A stretch of 32,000 nucleotides of DNA from Buchnera aphidicola (Anoecia oenotherae). GTDB lineage: Bacteria; Pseudomonadota; Gammaproteobacteria; Enterobacterales; Enterobacteriaceae. The stretch is taken from the NCBI RefSeq assembly GCF_005080765.1, contig NZ_CP033012.1, positions 2,783 to 34,782 of the forward strand, read 5' to 3'. The notes under the pieces are model-generated. The model was not told where the DNA came from. It did not search any database and saw only the letters and a list, made by a program, of their open reading frames with translations. Of this stretch, positions 24,627 to 32,000 are shown piece by piece. Positions within the stretch are counted from its first letter, which is position 1. Every line of letters begins with the position of its first letter. The position numbers and the translations under genes are program-made.

Positions 24627-26909
24627 ATGACTACTATTTTTACTCATACACTAGGATTTCCTAGAATTGGAACTAATAGAGAACTTAAACAAGCTCAAGA
24701 AAAATACTGGAGTAAAAAAATTACAAAAGATGAATTATTTTCTACAGGAAAAAAAATTCGAATAAATAACTGGAAAAAACAAGCAGAACTTGGAATTGAT
24801 CTTATCCCTGTAGGTGATTTCTCATGGTATGACCATGTTTTAAATACAACTATGCTGCTGGGAAATATTCCAGAAAGATTTAAAAATAAAAATAACACTA
24901 TTGATATTGATACTATATTTAAAATTGCTAAAGGTTATCAATCTAAAGATAAACATATTGTTCCATCAGAAATGAAAAAATGGTTTAATACTAACTATCA
25001 TTATATAGTTCCTGAATTCACAAAAAATAGCAGTTTTACTTATTCATGGAAACAACTTATAGAAGAAGTAGACGAAGCTATTGAACTAGGTTTTAATGTA
25101 AAACCAGTGATATTAGGGCCCATATCCTATTTATGGTTGGGAAAAGAAAAAGAGGAAAATTTTCATCGTTTAGATTTACTTGCAAAAATTTTACACGTGT
25201 ATAAAAATATAATTTCTAAATTAGAAAAAAGAAAAATAAATTGGATACAAATAGAAGAACCTATACTTACATTAGACCTTTCAGAAAAATGGTTAAACGC
25301 ATTTAAATTCTCTTATGAATTTATGAAAAATTCTAAAAAAATATTATTAACTACCTATTTTGGAAGTATATTTCATAATATAGAAACTATTAAAGAACTA
25401 CCTGTGCAAGGATTACACATTGATATTACTAATAAAAATTATAATATTGATTTGTTATGTAATAATATACCAAAAAAATGGCTTTTATCATTAGGAGTCA
25501 TTAACGGAAGAAACGTTTGGAAAACAAATTTAAATTCAACTATTAATACAATTAATTTAATCAAGAAAATTAAAAAAAATATTTGTATAGGTACTTCATG
25601 TTCATTAATCCATGTTCCAATTGATCTTTCAGTAGAAACTAAAATTAGCAAAATGGAAAAAAGTTGGTTATCTTTTGCTTTAGAAAAATGTCATGAATTA
25701 TTCTTACTAAAAACAGCTTTGATTACCAATAACTATTCATTGTTAAAAGAATGGAGTAAACCTGTTCTTTCTAGAACACAACTAAACAAAAATATAAAAA
25801 AAGAAAAAGAAGAAGTAATATTAAAAATAAAGAAAAATAATAAATACCAAAAATCTCCATATTCTATTAGAAGTTTAGAACAAAAAAAATGCCTAAAATT
25901 ACCTATTTTACCAATAACAACTATTGGATCTTTCCCTCAAACTGACTCTATTAGACAATTAAGACTTGACTTTAAATTAAAAAATATTAGTAGTAATGAT
26001 TATGAAACAAAAATCAAAGAAAATATAAAAAAAATAATTTCATTTCAAGAATCTTTAAACATTGATGTATTAGTACACGGAGAAGTAGAAAGAAATGATA
26101 TGGTTGAGTATTTTGGTGAACAACTGAATGGATTTTTAATTACATCTAATGGTTGGGTTCAAAGTTACGGTTCAAGATGTGTTAAACCTCCAATTATCAT
26201 AAGTGATATATCACGTCCTAAACCAATGACTGTAAAATGGATGAAATATGCTCAATCTTTAACAAAAAAACCAATAAAAGGAATGCTAACAGGTCCAGTT
26301 ACTATTTTATGTTGGTCTTTTGTAAGAGATGACATTAAAAAAAGTCAAGTTGCTTATCAACTAGCTTTAGCTCTACAAGATGAAGTTCTAGATTTAGAAA
26401 AAATAGGAATAAATATTATTCAAATTGATGAACCTGCTTTAAGAGAAGGATTACCTCTAAGAAAAAAATCGTGGGAAAATTATTTAAATTGGGCTACTGA
26501 ATCTTTTAGGTTAACTTACTATAAAACTAAAAACAAAACGCAAATTCACACACACATGTGTTACTGTGAATTTAACGACATTATACAAGCTATTATTAAA
26601 CTAGACGTTGATGTAATTACTCTTGAAACTTCTAGATCTGATATAAAATTGCTAAAATTATTTCAACAACATAACTATATCAATGAAATAGGACCTGGAT
26701 TTTATGATATTCATTCCTCTACCATTCCTACTGTAAAATCAATTCAATCAAACTTAGAAATAGCATTAAAATATATTTCTATAAATAGATTATGGGTTAA
26801 TCCAGACTGTGGATTAAAAACAAGAAACTGGAAAGAAATAAAACAGTCTTTAGAAAATATAGTAACTGCAACAAAAAATGTACGAAAAAAAAATAAACCA
26901 ATAAATTAA
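24627..26909 (+). CDS. metE: Cobalamin-independent methionine synthase
   Basis: The ORF is 760 aa, against 753 aa in E. coli. It begins T..HTLGFPR.G..RELK.A.E.YW and continues WIQ.(D/E)EP.L..DL, then PIT(T)IGSFPQT..IR..R, LVHGE.ERNDMVEYFGE.L.GF..T.NGWVQSYGSRCVKPPII..DISRP.PMTV.W..YAQSLT..P.KGMLTGPVTIL.WSF.R.D, IQIDEPALREGLPLR, the zinc-ligand region HTHMCY(C/S)EFND and WVNPDCGLKTR.W. Confidence 0.97.
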   Translation: MTTIFTHTLGFPRIGTNRELKQAQEKYWSKKITKDELFSTGKKIRINNWKKQAELGIDLIPVGDFSWYDHVLNTTMLLGNIPERFKNKNNTIDIDTIFKIAKGYQSKDKHIVPSEMKKWFNTNYHYIVPEFTKNSSFTYSWKQLIEEVDEAIELGFNVKPVILGPISYLWLGKEKEENFHRLDLLAKILHVYKNIISKLEKRKINWIQIEEPILTLDLSEKWLNAFKFSYEFMKNSKKILLTTYFGSIFHNIETIKELPVQGLHIDITNKNYNIDLLCNNIPKKWLLSLGVINGRNVWKTNLNSTINTINLIKKIKKNICIGTSCSLIHVPIDLSVETKISKMEKSWLSFALEKCHELFLLKTALITNNYSLLKEWSKPVLSRTQLNKNIKKEKEEVILKIKKNNKYQKSPYSIRSLEQKKCLKLPILPITTIGSFPQTDSIRQLRLDFKLKNISSNDYETKIKENIKKIISFQESLNIDVLVHGEVERNDMVEYFGEQLNGFLITSNGWVQSYGSRCVKPPIIISDISRPKPMTVKWMKYAQSLTKKPIKGMLTGPVTILCWSFVRDDIKKSQVAYQLALALQDEVLDLEKIGINIIQIDEPALREGLPLRKKSWENYLNWATESFRLTYYKTKNKTQIHTHMCYCEFNDIIQAIIKLDVDVITLETSRSDIKLLKLFQQHNYINEIGPGFYDIHSSTIPTVKSIQSNLEIALKYISINRLWVNPDCGLKTRNWKEIKQSLENIVTATKNVRKKNKPIN

Positions 26910-26938
26910 AAAATTCATTAAAAATAAAAATAATAAAA

Positions 26939-26976
26939 AGTATACTAATTTTAATTAGTATACTATTTATTATTTT
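26939..26976. terminator. Putative bidirectional terminator between convergent metE and purH
   Basis: AGTATACTAAT / ATTAGTATACT is a perfect palindrome across 26939-26964, giving an 11-12 bp stem. An A-rich tract precedes it (26921-26938) and a T-rich tract follows (ATTTATTATTTT). This is the geometry of a two-way intrinsic terminator. The stem has only 2 G:C pairs. Confidence 0.5.
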
Positions 26977-27127
26977 GTACTAAAATAGTTAATAATTATT
27001 AAATTCATATTTAATACTCATTAAAACTTACAATCTTAGTTATAAACTAAATTTTTATACAAAAATAAAATATCACCAGTATGTTTATTTTTAATAATAA
27101 ACAATTTAAATAACTTTAAAAAAAATC

Positions 27128-28705
27128 CTAATGCCTAAAATTTCTCTCTTGAGTAAAAATCATAGATATATTACTTTCGTTTGCCGAACGAATAACTTCA
27201 TCATCTCTGATAGAACCTCCAGGTTGAATAATACAAGTTATACTATTTTTAGCAGACAAAGACACACAATCCTTGAATGGAAAAAAAGCATCTGAAGCTA
27301 AAACAATATTTTTAAATTTAATATTTGTATTTTTTATTTTATTAATAGCTATTTTTACAGCATCTATTCTACTAGATTGTCCAGAACCAATTCCAATTGT
27401 AGAACCATTAAAAATACATACAATACCATTCGATTTTAAAAACTTACAGACTAACCAAGCAAATCTTGCATCTTTCATTTCTTTTTCACTTGGAATTCTT
27501 TTTGTAACTATATTCCATTTTTTATTTATATTTACGGTTTTTTTTTCTTGCAACAATAATCCTCCATTTACTGATCTTATTTCAAAAAAAATGTTTTTTT
27601 TTAAATTTTTCTTATAAATCAATACCCTAATATTGTTTTTAGATGATAATATTTTTTTTGCAGAAATAGTAATTTCTGGAGCTAATATAACTTCTACAAA
27701 AGAATTTTTTATTATTTTCTCAACAACAATTTCGTCTAACAAACAATTAAAAGCAATAACACTTCCAAACGCCGATACTGGATCACATTTATATGCTAAA
27801 GAATAAGCATCAACTGCAGACGAACCTATTGATACGCCACATGGAGTACCATGTTTAATAATAGCGCAAACTGGTTCTTCAAAACTAGTAACGCATTCTA
27901 ATGCTATGTCTCCATCATATATATTATTATATGATAATTTTTTACTACCTATAATCATATTTTTGTTACTTAAACTATAATCAGATGAATTAAAAGAATA
28001 CAAAGCTGCTTTTTGATCTGGATTTTCTCCATAACGAAGATCATCTACTTTTTTAAGTTTTAAATTAATATCTTCTTTAAAAACACGTTTATCTTTTTTG
28101 CTATTTAATACTGCTTTTTTAAAAAAATCCAAAATATTTAATTCGTAATCAGAAGTATACTCAAAAGCTTTAGTAGCTAATTTTATATTAGTTTCTAAAG
28201 ACAACATATTATTTTTATTGCTATCTAATTCTTTTATTACTTGGTCATAATCATTTGTATCAACTAAAACAGTAACAAACTTATAATTTTTAGCTGCTGA
28301 TCTAATCATAGCTGGACCACCTATATCTATTTTATCAACAACCATATCTATAGTACATTTACTATTTAAAATTAAACTATCTAAAGGCAAAAAATTAACG
28401 ATAACCATATCAAATAATATCATTTTGTATTTTTCTATAACATTATTATCTATCCCTCTTCTAGATAAAATTCCTCCATGAATCATAGGATGTAACGTTT
28501 TTACACGTCCATTCATAATCTCTGGAAAATGTGTATAATCTGTTAATTCTATTGAATGAACTCCAAATTTTTTTAATTTGTGATACGTTCCTGTAGTTGT
28601 ATAAATAGTATAATTTCTTTTTTTTAATTCTCGACAAAATGTTCTTATATTTGATTTGTTATATACACTAATTAAAGCATTTCTTTTTTTTTTTAAATCA
28701 ATCAT
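27128..28705 (-). CDS. purH: Bifunctional AICAR transformylase / IMP cyclohydrolase
   Basis: The ORF is 525 aa, against 529 aa in E. coli. The N-terminal MGS-like domain shows ALISV..K........L......I..T.GT...L...G........T.FPE...GRVKTLHP.IHGGIL.RR and IDIGGP.M.R.AAKN. The C-terminal part shows K...SN.IV.......IGIG.GQ.SR.D..K.A, ASDAFFPF.D.V and IIQPGGS.RD.EVI..A.E.....IFT..R.FRH. Confidence 0.96.
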   Translation of the reverse strand: MIDLKKKRNALISVYNKSNIRTFCRELKKRNYTIYTTTGTYHKLKKFGVHSIELTDYTHFPEIMNGRVKTLHPMIHGGILSRRGIDNNVIEKYKMILFDMVIVNFLPLDSLILNSKCTIDMVVDKIDIGGPAMIRSAAKNYKFVTVLVDTNDYDQVIKELDSNKNNMLSLETNIKLATKAFEYTSDYELNILDFFKKAVLNSKKDKRVFKEDINLKLKKVDDLRYGENPDQKAALYSFNSSDYSLSNKNMIIGSKKLSYNNIYDGDIALECVTSFEEPVCAIIKHGTPCGVSIGSSAVDAYSLAYKCDPVSAFGSVIAFNCLLDEIVVEKIIKNSFVEVILAPEITISAKKILSSKNNIRVLIYKKNLKKNIFFEIRSVNGGLLLQEKKTVNINKKWNIVTKRIPSEKEMKDARFAWLVCKFLKSNGIVCIFNGSTIGIGSGQSSRIDAVKIAINKIKNTNIKFKNIVLASDAFFPFKDCVSLSAKNSITCIIQPGGSIRDDEVIRSANESNISMIFTQERNFRH

Positions 28706-28908
28706 TATAATTCTAATAAACCTCTGATATTGTAATATTTTATATTTTTTTAAATTAAATATTACATTTAATAATAGTACATATATTTTAATGTTATGTA
28801 TTGTAAAATATAATTTTTAATTAAAATTTATTTTTTTAAAATAAAACGAAAATTAACTAATTCATTCTTAAAAAGAAAAATTAATACACAAAATCTATTT
28901 ATATGAAT

Positions 28909-29181
28909 TTATTTTATAGCTATTCTAAAAGCTTTTCCTGAAATAAAAGTAGGTACTTTCGTTGCTGCAATATTTATTTTTTCTCCTGTTTGTGGATTTC
29001 TACCTATTCTAGCTGCTCTATTATGTACTTTAAAAGTACCAAAACCTGCTATTTGAACATTTTTTCCATTTTTTAAAGAAAGAACAATAGTTTTTAACAT
29101 AGATTCTAAAATTTTTTTTACCTGTACTTTAGATACATTTGTCTCTTCTGAAATAGAACTTGTTAATTGAGTTTTATTCAT
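28909..29181 (-). CDS. hupA: DNA-binding protein HU (alpha-type)
   Basis: The ORF is 90 aa, the same as E. coli HU-alpha. MNKTQL......E....[46 protein letters not shown] matches. A strong GAGGAGAAGG SD is present. It lies between purH and rpoC, as hupA does in Buchnera. Confidence 0.9.
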   Translation of the reverse strand: MNKTQLTSSISEETNVSKVQVKKILESMLKTIVLSLKNGKNVQIAGFGTFKVHNRAARIGRNPQTGEKINIAATKVPTFISGKAFRIAIK

Positions 29182-29503
29182 AACCTTCTCCTCAATACTT
29201 TATTTTCAATGAATAATTCAAAGTTTAATTAAATCATTTCCTTTCTTTTAAAATAAAAACTAATAAAACTTATTTTTTCTTTTTATTTTATGGTAATTTT
29301 TTATAAAAAATATTTTATTTTTTTAATATAAAATATTTTTATACAATCAATTCAATTGTACATGACTAACATACTTAAAAACTTAATAAAAATATCAAAT
29401 TAAAGAACTATAACACTACTTAAAAAAAATAAATATACTTTTTTAAGCCTAAAAACATGTTATATATATTTTATATTAGTTTTAAACTTGAAAATAATAC
29501 TTT

Positions 29504-32000
29504 TTATTTTTTTAAAGTTGCATTTAACATTTCCGATAAATTAGCTGATGCTTCTTCCGCGCTTATATGTAAAGAAACAGGTTTTTTACTATTCTTTTTT
29601 AATTTTTTCTTTTTATTTAATCTATCCTTATGATATGCATATCCAGTTCCAGCTGGAATTAATCTTCCAACAATTACATTTTCTTTTAAACCCCTTAATT
29701 CATCTTTTTTCCCCGCAACAGCTGATTCAGTTAAAACTCGTGTTGTTTCTTGAAAAGAAGCAGCAGATATAAACGATTCTGTAGCTAATGATGCTTTTGT
29801 AATCCCAAGTAAATTTCTAGAAAAAGAAATAAGTTTTTTACACTGTTTCTTTAATTTTCTATTTTCTATTTTTATTCTAGAATATTCAACTTGTTCTCCT
29901 TTTAAAAAATCAGATTCTCCATTATCTACAATAGTTGCTTTTCTCAACATTTGACGAACTATAACTTCAATATGTTTATCATTTATTTTAACACCTTGCA
30001 ATCTATATACTTCTTGCACTTCATTAACTATATATTGAGTTACTGATTGCACTCCTCTTAACCTTAAGATATCATGAGATGATTCCGGACCGTCAGATAT
30101 AATATCTCCCTTTTTTATTCTTTCTCCTTCAAAAACATTCAACTGTCTCCATTTAGGTATCATTTCTTCATGTTTTTCATCTAAATTCGCCGAAGTTATT
30201 ATTAGTCTTCTTTTACCTTTTGTTTCTTTTCCAAAAGATATAAAACCACTAATTTCAGCTAAAATCGCTAATTCTTTTGGTTTTCTTGCTTCAAAAAGAT
30301 CAGCTACTCTAGGTAAACCTCCGGTAATATCCTTTGTTCCCCCTGACTCTTGCGGTATTCTAGCTAACGTATCTCCTGAAGTAACATATGATTTATTATT
30401 TAACTGAATAATAGACTTTCCAGGTAAAAAATACTGTGCTGGAATATCTGTTCCAACTATAAATACATCCTGATTATTTATATCTAAAATTTTTAAAGCA
30501 GGACGTAAATCTTTTCCTGTTAAAGGACGTTCAGAACTATCTAATACTACTATAGATGTTAATCCTGTTAATTCGTCTGTTTGTCTAGTTACACTTTGAC
30601 CATCAATAATATCTACAAATTGAACATATCCATTTACTTCAGTTATTACAGGTATAGTATGAGGATCCCATTTAGCAATAATATCTCCAGACATAACTGG
30701 TTCTTTATTTCCTTTAAATAAAATTGCACCATAAGGAACTTTATAACTTTCTTTTACACAATTAAACTGATCAATAACATTAAGCTCTGCATTTCTAGAT
30801 GTAATAATTATTTCATTAAAAGAATTTTTTACAAAACTAGAATAATGTAAATTTACTACTCCACTATGCTTTACTTGTATACTTGATTCAGTTGCTGAAC
30901 GTGAAGCTGCTCCACCTATATGAAATGTTCTCATTGTCAACTGAGTTCCTGGTTCACCAATAGATTGAGCTGCTATTACTCCTATTGCTTCTCCTTTTTT
31001 TACTAAGAATCCTCTAGCTAAATCTCTTCCATAACAATAAGCGCAAATACCAAAATCAGTTTCACAATGCACTACTGATCTAACTTTCACTCTATCTATA
31101 GATTTTTTTTCTAATAAATCACATATTTCTTCATTTAAAAGAGTATTTCTATACACCAAAATCTGCAAAGAATTTGACATTAGAATATCTTCAGCAATTA
31201 CTCTTCCTAAAACTCTTTCTCTCAACGTTTCTTTTATTTCTCCTCCTTCTATGACTGGACTCATTATAATTCCTTCGTAAGTGCCGCAATCATCTTCAGT
31301 AACTACTAAATCCTGTGCTACATCTACTAATCTACGTGTTAAATAACCTGAATTCGCTGTTTTTAAAGCAGTATCAGCTAAACCTTTTCTAGCTCCATGA
31401 GTAGAAATAAAATATTGTAATACATTTAATCCTTCTCGAAAATTTGCTATAATTGGAGTTTCTATAATAGATCCATCAGGCTTAGCCATTAATCCACGCA
31501 TTCCTGCTAATTGTCTAATTTGAGCAGCGGAACCTCTAGCTCCAGAATCAGCCATCATAAAAATGCTATTAAAAGATGTTTGGTTTATTACTTGATTGTT
31601 TTTATTGCTAACTTTCTCATTTGATAAGTTTTTCATCATAGCAACAGCTACTCTCTCATTTGCTGAAGCCCATATATCAATAACTTTATTATATCTTTCA
31701 CCAGATGTCACTAATCCTGCTTGAAACTGATCTCTTATTTCTAGTACTTCATTTTCTGCATCTAAAATAATATTCTGTTTTTCTTTAGGAATAACCATAT
31801 CGTCAATTCCAACAGAAGCTCCAGACCGAGCGGCATAAAAAAACCCAGTATACATTATTTGATCAGCAAACTTTACTGTATCTTTCAATCCTAAAATACG
31901 GTAACAACTGTTCAACATTGCAGAAATTAAATTTTTCCCTAATGTTGTATTAACTGTAGAATAAGGTAATCCCTTAGGAACTATCATCCATAATATAGCT
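29504..32000 (-). CDS. rpoC: DNA-directed RNA polymerase subunit beta' (C-terminal ~830 codons; 5' end lies beyond the window)
   Basis: The frame stays open to the window edge (..[61 protein letters not shown]). This corresponds to an internal region of E. coli RpoC (1,407 aa), so the Met at 31987 is internal and not the start. The C-terminal region [20 protein letters not shown] is conserved. Confidence 0.97.
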   Translation of the reverse strand, partial: AILWMIVPKGLPYSTVNTTLGKNLISAMLNSCYRILGLKDTVKFADQIMYTGFFYAARSGASVGIDDMVIPKEKQNIILDAENEVLEIRDQFQAGLVTSGERYNKVIDIWASANERVAVAMMKNLSNEKVSNKNNQVINQTSFNSIFMMADSGARGSAAQIRQLAGMRGLMAKPDGSIIETPIIANFREGLNVLQYFISTHGARKGLADTALKTANSGYLTRRLVDVAQDLVVTEDDCGTYEGIIMSPVIEGGEIKETLRERVLGRVIAEDILMSNSLQILVYRNTLLNEEICDLLEKKSIDRVKVRSVVHCETDFGICAYCYGRDLARGFLVKKGEAIGVIAAQSIGEPGTQLTMRTFHIGGAASRSATESSIQVKHSGVVNLHYSSFVKNSFNEIIITSRNAELNVIDQFNCVKESYKVPYGAILFKGNKEPVMSGDIIAKWDPHTIPVITEVNGYVQFVDIIDGQSVTRQTDELTGLTSIVVLDSSERPLTGKDLRPALKILDINNQDVFIVGTDIPAQYFLPGKSIIQLNNKSYVTSGDTLARIPQESGGTKDITGGLPRVADLFEARKPKELAILAEISGFISFGKETKGKRRLIITSANLDEKHEEMIPKWRQLNVFEGERIKKGDIISDGPESSHDILRLRGVQSVTQYIVNEVQEVYRLQGVKINDKHIEVIVRQMLRKATIVDNGESDFLKGEQVEYSRIKIENRKLKKQCKKLISFSRNLLGITKASLATESFISAASFQETTRVLTESAVAGKKDELRGLKENVIVGRLIPAGTGYAYHKDRLNKKKKLKKNSKKPVSLHISAEEASANLSEMLNATLKK

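Noticed and set aside
31985-31987. The ATG at 31987 as the rpoC start codon, as implied by the ORF track.
   Set aside because: The frame remains open to the window edge (..[13 protein letters not shown]..), and this Met aligns to an internal position of E. coli RpoC. The gene is truncated by the window, not started here.

Overview
This window is extremely AT-rich DNA, roughly 80% A+T by eye, with spacers that are almost pure A/T. It looks like the reduced chromosome of a gammaproteobacterial insect endosymbiont. The gene order is atpBEF(H)AGDC / gyrB-dnaN (minus) / rpmH-rnpA-yidC-mnmE / tRNA-Phe / groES-groEL-efp / dnaC-dnaT-rsmD (minus) / ftsY-rpoH / metE / purH-hupA-rpoC (minus). This is the arrangement I know from Buchnera aphidicola, and most products match the length of their E. 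coli orthologues to within about 10 aa (FtsY, 424 vs 497 aa, is the exception). I call 26 protein genes (25 intact, with atpH frameshifted), one tRNA, one sigma-32-type promoter and three hairpin terminators. Every other ORF in the supplied track is an antisense or out-of-frame shadow of these genes. I see no mobile element, CRISPR array, defence island, toxin-antitoxin pair or other accessory multi-gene system. This is conserved core genome, and I do not think an undescribed system is encoded here. The points worth a second look are all signs of reductive evolution. (1) The slot where dnaA normally sits, between dnaN and rpmH, is a 1.1-kb ORF-free A/T spacer, while the primosomal genes dnaT and dnaC are intact. 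(2) atpH is split by a frameshift inside an A10 tract, and one extra A would restore a 177-aa delta subunit, exactly the E. coli length. (3) Many in-frame A/T homopolymers of 10-14 nt lie inside essential genes. (4) Two further large gene-free spacers sit between rpoH and metE and between mnmE and groES. (5) A recognisable heat-shock promoter lies upstream of groESL, and rpoH is retained. (6) The FtsY N-terminal domain has changed from acidic to basic while keeping its FFSWL membrane-targeting motif. Relative to the E. coli operon templates, atpI, recF, yidD and ftsEX are absent.
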